A DNA stretch of 64,000 nt. Source: a virus. The translations under genes and the position numbers were made by a program. The notes under the pieces were generated by a model. The model saw nothing but the letters and a program-made list of their open reading frames with translations, searched no databases and had not been told where the DNA came from. Of the stretch, positions 40,301 to 47,846 are shown one piece after another. How positions within the stretch are numbered: the first letter of the stretch is position 1; each line of letters starts with the position of its first letter. The stretch lies in the IMG/VR virus record IMGVR_UViG_3300020442_003949, positions 27,013 through 91,012 of that record, one strand, 5' to 3'.

Positions 40301-41836
40301 CCTGTTTTTAACCAGACCATCTGTATCAGCAACAAATAAAATCCTTAAACCTTCAGTAATATCTATTCCATCAATATTGTATCCTAATGCTCCTTCTATT
40401 GTCGAAAATACGTCAGTTGTAACAGTATCAATTAAATCTACATTTTTTTTAATTTGAGTGCCAAAGTTAAAAAGTTTTATATTTGATTCAAATTCAATAA
40501 TAGGCCTTTTTGCTCTACTTTCTTGATCCAACAAAATTTCTTGTTTATTAAGTGTAAAAGATTTTTCAATTACATCTTTATGAAACCATCTGTTATACTT
40601 ACTCCACAAATTACCATCATTACTTGCTCTGTTAATCACTATGTAATCTTTTTCTTCAGCATAGCCTAGAGCTTCTCCAAAAGGCATTTGATCAAACCCA
40701 TTGTTATCAAAAGCTACTTCTTTATCAGCAACAAAAACACTGTTCAATCTCAAATCATCGGCGTTAATTAATTTTATACTATCACCTACTCCCTCAACAA
40801 ACCATTCTCCATCGGCATAAACAGTAGGAGATACATTACCTGCAAAAGCAATTTGCATTCCATTACTTAATGCCCAACCATCACTTGTAGTATAAGTGCT
40901 TTTTCCAATAATTTCTTTTTCAACATCAATTGATGAATTTTCTATAATATCGAATATCTTTATTGCTCCAAAAAGATTAGGATCATCTTTAGAAATATAA
41001 AATAAATTATCCGGCACAGTATCGCTGACTGTCCATTCGATAACACCTTCTGATATAAAATTATCCGTAATTTCATTACCATCTATATCATACTTGGTTA
41101 TACCATCTAGATATATCAATGATGTATTGGTAGTACTATCACCAAACTCTACTCCTGGTGTAAAAGAAATTTTTGTCACAAAAGCTATAGGATAATTAGG
41201 TGTATCAATGATAAATTTATATGTTTGCCCTCTATATAGCGTTACATTCGGATTGTTAGTTAATCCATCTGGTGTAAAAATGTATGTAAAATTGTCAACA
41301 TTATCTCTTAAATTAATTTTAAACGTACTCGCAACTTTATTACTTTGCCCTGCAACTGTGCATGTTTCAGGACCATTTGGCAACCAATAATACTCTCTAA
41401 AATTTGTAAATTTATCCCAATCTATATGAGGATCCCAACTATATGATTCGCTTGCATTAATATTAGACTGATTGCTATCACCATTTAAAATTTTAATATG
41501 GTTGATTATATCTATATAATCAGAATAAAACTGTAAATTACCTAATTCATCTTCAATTACAGTAGCTGGTTCTAACTGATAATTGATCCTATTATCATCA
41601 ACATCGCCTAGATAAATGTCTTTATTGGCGTCAAAAGCTCGTGCATGTTTTCTTCCAACAAACGCATTTAAACTTTTCACAACACCTGGTTGTGTCATTT
41701 GTTCTAAAGTGCTATTTAAGAATTTTTTATTAAAATTAGTTCTAAAATATTTAGGCAAATGGTAATAAGAGCGTCTTTCGTCATTATTACCGTCAGTTGG
41801 CAAACTAGGTTCATTTTGGTTGTTTTCAAATGCCAT
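25319..41836 (-). CDS. Giant (5505 aa) baseplate wedge/structural protein
   Basis: Uninterrupted 16.5-kb ORF after the gp6-like gene. It has FG-GAP-like propeller repeats, ChtBD3-like W/Y modules, GGxGY repeats, (A)DGxxxxF repeats and RRGTLGT near the C-terminus. Confidence 0.8.
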   Translation of the reverse strand: MAFENNQNEPSLPTDGNNDERRSYYHLPKYFRTNFNKKFLNSTLEQMTQPGVVKSLNAFVGRKHARAFDANKDIYLGDVDDNRINYQLEPATVIEDELGNLQFYSDYIDIINHIKILNGDSNQSNINASESYSWDPHIDWDKFTNFREYYWLPNGPETCTVAGQSNKVASTFKINLRDNVDNFTYIFTPDGLTNNPNVTLYRGQTYKFIIDTPNYPIAFVTKISFTPGVEFGDSTTNTSLIYLDGITKYDIDGNEITDNFISEGVIEWTVSDTVPDNLFYISKDDPNLFGAIKIFDIIENSSIDVEKEIIGKSTYTTSDGWALSNGMQIAFAGNVSPTVYADGEWFVEGVGDSIKLINADDLRLNSVFVADKEVAFDNNGFDQMPFGEALGYAEEKDYIVINRASNDGNLWSKYNRWFHKDVIEKSFTLNKQEILLDQESRAKRPIIEFESNIKLFNFGTQIKKNVDLIDTVTTDVFSTIEGALGYNIDGIDITEGLRILFVADTDGLVKNRIFKVKFLTFKNTTQISLIEEDDGIPLDNECVLITKGNNYRGKYFHYTGNAWKQSQDKIGLNQAPLFDLFDYDDVSLNDTVKYSYSQFSGNKLFSYAVGNGANDNELNFPLQYQNIKNSGDIVFNFDLLNQSFTYNNDNTVYSYKTDISYLRRYKNREEYDCINGWVKSRSALQPVFRQFISAGQDIFPLDMYDDNRFIQNLWIRVYIDNKLQSKDNDFIITTDVNQNHYLKFSKIIAKNKSVLIKTRSTFPKNENGFYEIPCNLEKNPLNQNISTFTLGEIIDHVSTIVEESNDFVGTYPGTSNLRDLGNSSQYGKKFLKHSSLYNLYAYHLLDKNANVKKAITFAKVEYSKFKRLFIETASNLGFDGPVKTHFDKIMESINKDKNADMPFAISDMIPTGGAKVNSDIIVDKDQEYFAISEVFDNDVPSYKAVSVYRNGIQLIYKKDYEFNAEGFVRLLGFRKPNDVIDIYEYESTLENFVPPTPTKLGLYPKYIPELYIDTTVQNKSFVDSTLPYKIYGEKILEPNEDNQLGWFYPVYLDYEQAVQKDIENEGTGEFTVNKFNGLSTAFFIPKTHSNKAQQDTNLYTEYENGQVVIQGHDGSLIPAFKDYRDQLLLELEKRIFNNIKISYDENLFDIDLIQQKYYQSNVTPAQSTTTIMFQDFFDWTRLVNVDYAENKFFDRFNAFTYNYSSTYLKNGLSSPGWWRQLYKFLFNTDRPHTHPWEMLGFTIEPKWWKGQYGDKPYTKNNKLMWNDIENGIIRQPTFKIKNKFIRKGLNLVIPVDEHGELLPPTLAGIVSTYDLQSVKRDFKFGDGGPVESAWRRSSEYPFSLLKSFVLNRPAYTFSTGFDRNQQVRGKNNQIIYEAITNHLQLDKLVYPGPTQPTSGLINYITEYQNTIFTDLFENYKTSVQNIKNRISFKLGGFTDKRKLKLILDSRTPLNEGNVFVPNENYDIKLITSFPIDEIVYSGVIIEKQENGFYIKGYDSLVPSFTYFKAIPRDADTVINIGGVSESFVVWEPNKTYSQDTIVKVGDNQYYRAKITHRSQDTFDQSRFASLDKLPIIGGSTAFIRKRFEHIPSTLDYGTVFQTHQDVVDFLLGYGQYLQSLGFTFDHFVEDQYDVADWLFSVKQFLFWVTQNWKKGSLITLSPGADKITYTNTKAFVGNTLNSSIGYSVLKADGTYIPKDNLKFYRDFTNIFQINTVNTAAGIYFIRIPLIYKEHAVLIDNTTVFNDVIYDQEPGYRQERIRIAGYKTANWNGSLNIPGFFYDKAEITEWKAWNDYYTGQVVKYKEFYYSAKSKINGSDIFDFNIWKKITDIPESKLYTNFDYHVDQFKDFYDLDSDSLNVEQQKLAQHLIGYQKRKYLENIINNEVSQYKFYQGYIQDKGTKNAFSKLFDVLSSADKDSFEFYEEWGVRTGIYGHYRTYAEFDVVIDESKIKLNPQPVILTNNITGKETDLILRIPDYKIYNKDENFTNDIFPTFLPKSTVFNHAGYVSVNDVNHTLVQYADLLNENIEEYNSNDLIWIGSVGDSWNVYSYVKHDIEIKNIKTIEGSLTSIILELASIPKDLVIGEIIGIENILGRSYTAKDSTAETQFVKSSVKGFFEIIDIFHSQITLSAAEEVVDVVKKETADIFEGFFTVLKSVRIPNLDGLTDVINSFESSIKNKFWVDDIGNGEWRVLQPYSNYEFTKNVVSANNNFTNFSKSVAVNKNNNYMAVGAPDDGDGKVYVYSRPSISNKWTLLKILLPESPIQFQLNTSNLTEFSLDEPTGYSSEDWATRVMNNVQNIQVVYINAIKIDPIEEYEELSADLKIYYEINVAENKIIFNGSDALPNNSTLVIEFAKSLNPKKFGSSVDLSADGRILVVGAPNASNIMTRNKGEYSQDVDYTQGDIVTYNSLTWQALVDINKYEPFTVVDPYFSTVDFLIDNNLIYEDSEQPLIILTGNYPLSYKAQETPVTTTQLLVRVSKDLYEAIESGNSISLYWNKLTNANQTQLELLPTEPFNDQTVFVDNNQLWSEFISKDHAIDFKFQEIVTVDNAAATPEIGQVLSSETALGTVVYLYSLPEASNSFILYLADVAGEFAEQGILSVGITTIGQFVRQTINDNYFEGYIAITTPEYYVYADTDYTAKGLIISEIRTTNNPVKDRIYYNILNDTIYEDKGISGEPSLIRSLSYNGTSISPAGVYSAKTAPLSYFGLRLPKEMSDYSNQGDVCKLQFNKLAKTVSILRVRNTRFSLPPEVFVGETLKQRNNEQASAVVFSNTVKVADDSIDITNPIYEIQIQYYSKNYDGNEFNFLDELIGSISGEIFARPVDNVVENIYTSIQSIGFSTDDLMEGSEQKTIWNLWDGYIIYNENRFAEGLPYLLVAKYEEDGTGNLVVNGSGQGQIIREVGTTNTAEVMYVQRNTNNNVTVYVDNVQGEWSQNDSLLEMLPIANQNDYFGRENIYAAVREFGVSQQVNLANDTLTSVGKLAIFETFGNLPIVISQETGLQQKEIIGEEYWVYTTEQVQGISKLPNIPSNTSVSWQELFSIPVDTTGIPSLYNNEGSVYVFEKFGTNYLHQKTLVSPDSRNNHYFGQQVQVRQNNNIYTGYFLAADETNSETYPGKMYFYKFGEIDGLQYNWDLARNKKYRGPYNESVIYFTNDIVYFENSFYVARTNLQEGISPANNNFWQLINQLIDYSGCIPNNMNDFLVTFDSADISTIPADGMYDFARTFAVSADGEVLIVQVKYNTDITNSIAVYRLQDGFYRWMQNIVAPKANTNFADRLSINDDGSIFVVGLSLDDNNNFDDGSVYVYKLKNQKFELDQTITSPKSVTLQKFGYNVLLHNNILFITAYNGKFTQQTTFDNILTTFDNNFTTFKYTNVNVGEIYVYYNLYDQFIYREKFSYENIDSKVYEIGINFNSSGNSLYVNLPTAKTIESSDIKIGKIVEFRKDVNELWIEYNKPKFVPDLNKIKKILVYNKKNNEFLYNLDYIDPLQGKIPGSADQNITYKSYYDPAVYTVGTNNQVVDTGASWGTEYIGKIWWDLTNVRYYYPYINDITYSALNWGRLWPNSTIDIYEWVGSNFLPAEWDALQGTSEGFSLNITGQTKYGNASYSTQRVYDTTSQSYVLRYFYWVKNKTSIPSIDGRNLSADKISNLLGNTLTQGYKFISLISANEFSLYNLQNDFVNDEVAVSFQTYDEVTDLNTHYQYKLLTSGLATSQPNEQLNQKWIDSLVGYDLYGRNVPDPSLSEKYRYGNLDTPRQGWFRNKQEALKQYVEHVNQDLAKELLVDNKNLQNFYRVDDPPLLTSNFYDIEVESKSDLDSYGVAKAVQAEISLQIENGHIIDVFVLNAGRGYITTPTYAVIGKGEGLELEFIMTSNGSIGSVNIINQGKNYSDSTYIIIRKFTALVAADETIFGKWALYERDYNNNSWIRIQSQGFNTTLYWYFIDWYAAGYNEATKVTHSIDYSYELSSVDDNIGDIVRIRNIGDGSWLLLEKINSLANVDYSVNYKTIGRNNGTIQLSRSLYDPTFATTNFDTISFDTYFYDNIPSIEIRIIANAIKDDIFIDDLAIKYNNLFFSCLRYILSEQPSVDWIFKTNFLKIKHNVGELRQDVTFNNDNLSSYEDYVNEIKPFKAKIREFLSAYDKIEDVASYISDFDLPPRYIETENKILPYKITTNNLGFYNAEQIQNYPDIGWLNNCTYQVVSVEVVDGGAGYGIPPSIEFESSTGAGAVAVAHLGANGSITRVDIINPGYGYLSAPRIVINGSFADGYSAKLAVVIGNPIIRSLQTNLKYDRISTTFAFSDLDTVETFIGSGSKYIFNLQWPISINKNTINVTVDGKDLLTTDYTYTNYLDKSKSYNRYLGQITLLNPAPNFTTIQVSYKKDTNLLNAADRINLLYTPYVGQFGNDISQLMDGVDYGGVEVKGFDFGNQSGWDTANYTEAAYDTYDINYEDVLYTVPNNLLLITVTGFNYKVAINYINFAKEVNKLVKGDPTVADIFLEIFNKNSVGEPLADPLDGSSILNVLDEVIDIVDEEGISDAVPRVTFNSANEIQKYGLGNSESETASNNIENQIIPLFNQCTAGQITELISAKILDELYIDFRYPLENGIIYNIYHNNLRIDDINYNDENISNTNPNAVTNSITGDGVLNGILVRDLNIQPEVGDKIIIRKITSDGSFIPTDLDFDALVGGGKLNYSNALGVNAEDIIIDGDNFITPLTSKGPEEQVPGLVQDSVNIKVYERPTPGISNIVSLNYIADGQQNSFSLLEYPISVDSVIVNVDNKIKTVAVDYNVNVEGKLIEFTNTLPQNSRINILILGSSGSNILDTDNIVADGTLGSYITNARWVDNVSSYVTVNGQHLDYVLKKTDSELYDSSNNVLIKFANPVSEGSIIHYKIFENSQNNFSNVHIDNFVADGSSTAFELTKIPKQQEPVEWYTMVIVNDKLLNPGYVETFVCTDVLEYQLKLYQVPISTVSFKQLRVFLNTVELNYLTQWTFTAAESIDPTLPDDQQSGSTIVLKRGIFSAGDTLRVYINAYEDSVDSGGDYRYGYFDQGDFISTPGQLHIHTPLSNGDNIKVYQFTNHDTQSIDWQSFDVIERTKLLPGVSDRYATVIVGNTNIIELPFEMNANAQYAIYKNNVRIDDENFATPYQSNPLAVIQTPFGLGSNIIDLGLLGITSNEDDVIVFEEIGRQLEIGETAENYYELRFLRNGIVPLNQPAIDDQYVWVAVNGVILQSSIDYKLSDNKLQVILTDPVNDNDNIQTIHFSDTRFKNTFGWSQFKDIMNKNHYTVLNGQLNIKLANDLNWYDKTIEITNGEGLPSPNEQSKYPGVIFIAGERIEYWKRYGNTLTHLRRGTLGTGVKHLYNKGIEVYDQSVSSILPYKDETIITKFTADGQNKEFVLDFTPASVNEFEVFVAGRRLRKTELESYQNNQSMDSPESDVTLPAEFSLDENILQLEFVPAKGQIINVIRRIGKTWTDKGVPLSETDNRIVKKIQSVVADLPR

Positions 41837-41847
41837 TAAGCTTTCCT

Positions 41848-44800
41848 TTAATAATTTATAATACCAGATTGTATACCGGTTGTTTGATTAGTAGATGTAG
41901 TTACATTTCCGCCTGCTTGCAATCTTAGTGCAGTAATTTCATCTATTATTTCTATATTACTTACTGTTGCACCGCTGATTAATAATTCATCATCTTCGCA
42001 TTTAATTTCATACAAACTACCAAAAACTTGATTTGCTTGCAGTGGTACTAATAATACTGAAACAATATTTGGAGCCATTTCTTTGATAAGATATGCACTT
42101 AATTCCTCCATATAAAATGTTTGTCCAAAATCCCAATTATTAAGACTAAAATATTGACCTATTAAAGTTATAATTTGTGATTTAATATCATTATCATTTA
42201 ATTCTAATTCTGCATTTTTTATAACTTTAAAAATTGCTTGCAATGAAGGATGAGCCTTATCTCCAAATAATATTCTATATTTTGCTGGATGGTAAATAAT
42301 TTCATCAGTTAGTGATTTTATTTTTTCAATTGCAGCACCATAACTTATATATATTTGATCTGAAGATAAGGGTAAAGGCATCTCCGTTATTGTGCCTGCA
42401 AGATAATCTCTAAATTCTGTATCATATTGTCTGGTAAGAATGTATGTGTCAATTATATTAGATATGCTTGGGTCAATCCTATTATCCTCATCTGCAGCAT
42501 GTTCATATCTAAATTGTAATTTATCTCTGCCTTTAAATGCTTTGTAATCATTAGTGATACTTAATATAGACGCAGATTTGTTTACAATTTGAAAATAATC
42601 TTCTGCAGCAAAATAAAGTAGTTGATTATCTTCGTATTGACTCATAGGACCTACACTTACTGAATTTTCTATAACTATAACTCCTAATTCTTCAGCTGAA
42701 ATATAATTAAATACTTCTACACCATTTAAAGATAGAGTTTTCTTTTGGAATACATATTTTTGCAGCGGTAAAATGTTAGGCGCTACAATATCGAGAAATA
42801 AACTTTCATTATCAGAGATACCATCATCGTCACTATCAAAGAAATCAATCTCTACTTTTTTACTTGTAACATATCCTAAAGCATCTCTATAAGAATCTGA
42901 TATTGCCCAATCAAAATTAGTAGTGAAATTATTCACTGATTTTTCTATATCAGTAAACGGTTTTGTATTAATTGATAATACAGAAATTTTATCTCGTACA
43001 ATTTTTCCTGTTTTACTATCAAAAATTTTATCAGATTTATCAAAATAAAAAGCAATTTGTTTTTGACTTTCAAAAATATATCTTGCTGCCCTATACTCTA
43101 GCGTATAATTAACTAAGTTAGTAGTAAAAAGCAAAAGCCAACTCGTATCTAACTTCTGGCCCGTTGTATCACCACTTTTTCCTAAACTCCAGGCATCTAG
43201 CGTATTCAAGTTTTCTTCATTTATTATTGCCCATGTGTCTGATATTCTATCATATCTTAGTCCAAATGTTTTATAATTAAACATTAAATTTACAATTTCT
43301 GTTTTTACCGCATCACTTATATTTTTTGAGAGGAAAGGTCTAATTTCACTCAACAAACTACCAGATGGTAATTTATCTGCAAACCACATAGCACCGTTAC
43401 CATTATCATCTAATATTGTACCATCTGTTACAGTATTAACTACTTTCCTCCACAAATAAGTTGTAGCACCTTTATAATCAGCTGGACCTTCTAATAAATC
43501 CAAATTTGGAGTAAAATGATAACCTGCAGGCGCTTCAAATTTTATATGAGTATTGGGCCTTATAAATTGCAAAATACTTGTAGTAGCTTTACCGATTATC
43601 TGATAAACACTATTTTCATTTATCAATCGTCCAGTATATAAATTAGTAGCAGATGTAGTTAACTCCCATCTAATACCTTGATCTACATAAGGAATAGGTG
43701 TAACATTACTGTAATAAAAATTTTTCACTGCCTGTTTTTTACAAACAGGGTCAACAACATTAAATAAAAACTGTTCTATTTCTGTAAAAGTTTCAAATTG
43801 AAACTGTATTTTTTCATTGTAAAATTCTTGATATATTATACCATCAGTCCCATACAAGTTTGTTCTACTATATTTCCCCGTTGCGTCTATCAAATCAAAA
43901 TATCTAGATATACCACTTGAGATCCTATTAACACTCTTAGTTTTTATTATTTCGTTGCTAGAAAGTAAAGGACCAACTTGATAGTCTTCAGCAGTAATTA
44001 AACGATTTTGAGTGTAATAACTCATCGGCGCTAATTTCCTAATGCTTTCGTTATCTTCACTCTGTTCTGCGTTATCTACTGTATACTGTAATTCTAACAC
44101 CAACGATAATGTCTCAAGTTTACCTGATTGGCTTGTATATTCAAAATCAACACCTATACCTAACATTTCTCTCGGTGTAATGTTATATCTTGCATTCCTA
44201 CTAGTTCTAAAATAAAGCCTAAAATTTCCAACAGGTAAATCCCCAAAAACACCATCTGAAAAAATTATAGTAATTCTATCATTCACCCTTGTAAGAACAC
44301 TGTAGATAGTTCGTATGTTTTTACTTACATCGTTGTAGATAATATTATTACCCTCTATAGATTCTACTTTTGTCCATAATTCTGTAGGAACACCTTCATC
44401 ATTTAATTTATATAACCATACATCGTCATTGTTTACATTTACAGCATCTATAGTTACTAATTGATTACTACTCGGATTTGTTACTTCAAAATCACCATAA
44501 TCAATACCGCCCTGCTTAAACATTGCAAAAAAACCAGTGTTATTGCTTGCTGGTCCTATACCATCTTCTCTATATAAAATACTAAATCGGTCATCCGGTA
44601 ACGGTGTTTGTTCATATATTGTAGACTGGAAATCGACAGGCACTAATTCAAAATTAACCGAAGCTCCGTCTATGGTCTTACTAAATGTAGTAATCGGTAA
44701 CTCACCTACATTGATAGAATTAATTTTGTACTTACTCGTAGTTATATCTTCAATATTTGATTTTTTAACTGGATTTCCAAATTGTTCAGTGCTTCTAAAT

Positions 44801-45288
44801 GATTTGTTTATAACTTTTATAAACTGTTCGTACCAATTGCTATTACTAGGGTCATTCCATATAATGTTTTGATTTTGCAAAGATAAATTATTAGAATCAT
44901 AGGTTACTTCCGTTGTCCTAACACTTGTGATTTTCAACAACCCGGAAGCAGAAACATTTCTAGTAGGATTATAACTTAATAACCTAGCTAGCCGGAGTAT
45001 GCTTTCTCTCCTTTCGGCTAATTCAAGGAAATTTTCTCTGGCATTTAAATCTATCCTAAATGACAAATTTTGCCCAAGATAAGCAATTAAATCAATAAGA
45101 GCAATATACTCTGAACTTTGTATATAATCATTAAAATCCTCTGGATAATTTTCTCTAATATAATCGATCATTACCCGTTTTAAATTTTCAAAATCATAAC
45201 TTTGAAAATCAGCTGTCTGGTATGTTTGATAAATCCTTTTCCAATCCTCTGCTACCAAAAGCCTATTTTGTCTATCTGTAGAAGACAT
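41848..45288 (-). CDS. Baseplate wedge subunit (T4 gp6-like)
   Basis: YDFENLK, DFND, ENFLELAERRESILRLARLLSYNP, FSDGVFG, QNRLITAEDY. Confidence 0.85.
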   Translation of the reverse strand: MSSTDRQNRLLVAEDWKRIYQTYQTADFQSYDFENLKRVMIDYIRENYPEDFNDYIQSSEYIALIDLIAYLGQNLSFRIDLNARENFLELAERRESILRLARLLSYNPTRNVSASGLLKITSVRTTEVTYDSNNLSLQNQNIIWNDPSNSNWYEQFIKVINKSFRSTEQFGNPVKKSNIEDITTSKYKINSINVGELPITTFSKTIDGASVNFELVPVDFQSTIYEQTPLPDDRFSILYREDGIGPASNNTGFFAMFKQGGIDYGDFEVTNPSSNQLVTIDAVNVNNDDVWLYKLNDEGVPTELWTKVESIEGNNIIYNDVSKNIRTIYSVLTRVNDRITIIFSDGVFGDLPVGNFRLYFRTSRNARYNITPREMLGIGVDFEYTSQSGKLETLSLVLELQYTVDNAEQSEDNESIRKLAPMSYYTQNRLITAEDYQVGPLLSSNEIIKTKSVNRISSGISRYFDLIDATGKYSRTNLYGTDGIIYQEFYNEKIQFQFETFTEIEQFLFNVVDPVCKKQAVKNFYYSNVTPIPYVDQGIRWELTTSATNLYTGRLINENSVYQIIGKATTSILQFIRPNTHIKFEAPAGYHFTPNLDLLEGPADYKGATTYLWRKVVNTVTDGTILDDNGNGAMWFADKLPSGSLLSEIRPFLSKNISDAVKTEIVNLMFNYKTFGLRYDRISDTWAIINEENLNTLDAWSLGKSGDTTGQKLDTSWLLLFTTNLVNYTLEYRAARYIFESQKQIAFYFDKSDKIFDSKTGKIVRDKISVLSINTKPFTDIEKSVNNFTTNFDWAISDSYRDALGYVTSKKVEIDFFDSDDDGISDNESLFLDIVAPNILPLQKYVFQKKTLSLNGVEVFNYISAEELGVIVIENSVSVGPMSQYEDNQLLYFAAEDYFQIVNKSASILSITNDYKAFKGRDKLQFRYEHAADEDNRIDPSISNIIDTYILTRQYDTEFRDYLAGTITEMPLPLSSDQIYISYGAAIEKIKSLTDEIIYHPAKYRILFGDKAHPSLQAIFKVIKNAELELNDNDIKSQIITLIGQYFSLNNWDFGQTFYMEELSAYLIKEMAPNIVSVLLVPLQANQVFGSLYEIKCEDDELLISGATVSNIEIIDEITALRLQAGGNVTTSTNQTTGIQSGIINY

Positions 45289-45338
45289 ATCTTTTTCCTT
45301 TTTGTATATTTATTTGCTTTAAAACCACGCAGTTTATA

Positions 45339-45794
45339 TTACGCAGACAAGATACCGGCATTTTTATCAAAATTTAATTGCATAGATTCTTGAATATTAT
45401 AAGGCAAATACACTAAATTACATTCTATTTGTATACCGCTTTCATATTCTTGAATAGTTACTTTATCAACCGTTATCCTAGGATCATTTGCAATTATAGC
45501 ATTTACATTATCAATAATTAAATTACGTAGAGTAGGCGTAAGAGGTTCAAAAAGCACATCCCATATTATGGTGCCAAAAGTGGGATCTCCTAATTTTTCA
45601 CCTTGCCTTATATGAAAATGATTTAATAAATCTTGTTTTATAAGATTTAAATCGTATAAAAGAACACTTGTGTTATTTTCATTTACAGTGCTCACACCTT
45701 TGTAAATTTTTGTCCCAGCAATAAATTTTCTACTTTTGTTTACAGAAGAAACATATATTTCTTCATACAAAGATTTTTCTCTTGGTAAACTCAT
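45339..45794 (-). CDS. Baseplate wedge subunit (T4 gp25-like)
   Basis: DLLNHFHIRQGEK..PTFGTIIWDVLFEP...DPR. Confidence 0.85.
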   Translation of the reverse strand: MSLPREKSLYEEIYVSSVNKSRKFIAGTKIYKGVSTVNENNTSVLLYDLNLIKQDLLNHFHIRQGEKLGDPTFGTIIWDVLFEPLTPTLRNLIIDNVNAIIANDPRITVDKVTIQEYESGIQIECNLVYLPYNIQESMQLNFDKNAGILSA

Positions 45795-47846
45795 CTATCC
45801 TCCTATGCTACCCTGAAATCCTGAATTTCCTGTTTGCGGCGCTGGAGCAGCAGAACCTTTTCTAAAAGTGTCTTCTTGTGCTCCACCTTTATGTGTTATT
45901 GGAGATTTTATAATTTCTTGCTCATAATTTATTGCAAACACACATCCATCTACAATTGAGATAGTGCTATCAGTTTTATCAGGATAAAATGTTTTTGGTT
46001 CTAAATTTTCATGACTAAAATACGGTTCATGCGTAGGTATCCGTATAGGAATAAACGCATGATGAGCACATTCAGGTAACAATGCATCTATTGCTAATCT
46101 GGCATCTTTTGCATCTGGTCCTGGTGCACCTTTAGCAGAGCCGCTACCAAAATATTGTATCGAACTCATCCTGTTAACAGGTGCATTGTATTCGTTACTG
46201 CTACCTCCTGTAACAAAATTTTTATTCGATGCTTTTAAATGATTAGCATTCATTGCAGTAATAAAATTATTTTTTGCTTTTAACGTTGCGTTGATATTTG
46301 CATAAATGCGTAAATGCTTATCACTTTTTATATCCATATCACCACCGGAATGCTGCCTAAATTCTTCACCAGAACGTTGATCAAAATTTGTATCTGCTAA
46401 ATGATATGTCCATTCATTTGAATGCTGATGGATATTCCTTTTTGCTAGTAGGAAAAAATCTCTATCAAAAGTCATATGCCCATCTCTAGATACTTCTAAC
46501 TTAATATCTCCTTTTTCAGGATGAGTTCCTATTTTCCAATAAACATCACGTGAAACATCTATGTACAAATTATCGCCTGGTTGAGCGACGGTAGGAAGAT
46601 CTTCAAAACTATTCCATTTCCATGTTCCGTCTTCATTTTTTATACCTAACTCAGGTCTTAATGCAGGATCTTTTTTTATTTCAGCTGTTCCAACTTTCCA
46701 ATGGGTAGCATTACCAGATTCTAAACGCATTTGTTCCCTAGCCTTGATATTAACATTTCCTGATGCTTCTAAATTTATATCTCTATTTGCTTTTAAATTA
46801 AAGTCAGTTTCTGAATGTATACTTACACTATCATCCGCATATATGTCAATTTTTCCATTACTTGTTAACTCTATCCATGCATTACCTTGCGAATTGATAA
46901 TATAAATTAAATCTTCTGTATTGTGCATTACTATCTGATGACCTGTTCTAGTTCTCCATCGTGTAAGTTCATTGTGTGGTAGATAAACATCACCATCAGT
47001 TTCATTTTTTTCTACATAAGCATAAGTAGGCGGATCTGTATTAGCTGGTTTCTTTCGCAATATTTTTTCATCACCGTCGTCCATTACAAAACTTGTACCA
47101 CCTAAACGACTAAAAGGAACATTCGTCTGACCAAATTTTTCACCATATTGTACCATTGACGCTTTTCTATCTGGATGTCCAGGACTACTAATACCAACAA
47201 CCATACTGGGAACTTCTCTCCTAGCACTAGATGTAGTAGTTCCTCGTGTTTGATCAACAATAGATTCTGACCATTTTGTAAGCCCTTGCCGTTCTAAAAT
47301 ATCTGCTTGTTTTATGTCAACTGGTTTATTATATTGGGTAGGATCACTGCCTGTTCCTTTTTCTACTAATTTATTATATTCGCCTACTGGAACAATTTTC
47401 GAATTATACTTTCCACCATCTATGCTATATTCAGAACTAGCATTACCTGGTATCATAAAATTCATAAATTTATCTTGAATACAACCTATCCAATATCCGT
47501 ATCCAAAATTATTTTCAGCCATCAAAACTAAAACTTTAGTATCAACATCAGGCGGCACTGCCCAAAAACCATAACTTTTTTGCGTTGCGTCAAAACCTGC
47601 ATTTGGTTTAACCCCTTTCCTAGGAGTTTGTCCTAAAAAAGGACTTACATAAGTACAAGGAATATAATATCCGCTGCTTTCTCCTGGGCTACCTGCTTCT
47701 GTAGATTTTAAAATCTCAACTTCAATAGACCCCATAAATTCTGTATCTAAGTGATTTGCAACTCTACCAATGTATGGACCTACTCCAGTCATCCATACAG
47801 GTTTTTGCCCTCTTCCATACTGACTTCTAGGAGTGGTAGATGCCAT
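45795..47846 (-). CDS. Baseplate hub/central spike protein (gp5/VgrG-like)
   Basis: N-terminal OB-fold motifs (SYGFWAVPPDVDTKVLV...YWIGC), RTRTGHQI, beta-helix-like repeats, C-terminal PTHEPY. Confidence 0.8.
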   Translation of the reverse strand: MASTTPRSQYGRGQKPVWMTGVGPYIGRVANHLDTEFMGSIEVEILKSTEAGSPGESSGYYIPCTYVSPFLGQTPRKGVKPNAGFDATQKSYGFWAVPPDVDTKVLVLMAENNFGYGYWIGCIQDKFMNFMIPGNASSEYSIDGGKYNSKIVPVGEYNKLVEKGTGSDPTQYNKPVDIKQADILERQGLTKWSESIVDQTRGTTTSSARREVPSMVVGISSPGHPDRKASMVQYGEKFGQTNVPFSRLGGTSFVMDDGDEKILRKKPANTDPPTYAYVEKNETDGDVYLPHNELTRWRTRTGHQIVMHNTEDLIYIINSQGNAWIELTSNGKIDIYADDSVSIHSETDFNLKANRDINLEASGNVNIKAREQMRLESGNATHWKVGTAEIKKDPALRPELGIKNEDGTWKWNSFEDLPTVAQPGDNLYIDVSRDVYWKIGTHPEKGDIKLEVSRDGHMTFDRDFFLLAKRNIHQHSNEWTYHLADTNFDQRSGEEFRQHSGGDMDIKSDKHLRIYANINATLKAKNNFITAMNANHLKASNKNFVTGGSSNEYNAPVNRMSSIQYFGSGSAKGAPGPDAKDARLAIDALLPECAHHAFIPIRIPTHEPYFSHENLEPKTFYPDKTDSTISIVDGCVFAINYEQEIIKSPITHKGGAQEDTFRKGSAAPAPQTGNSGFQGSIGG

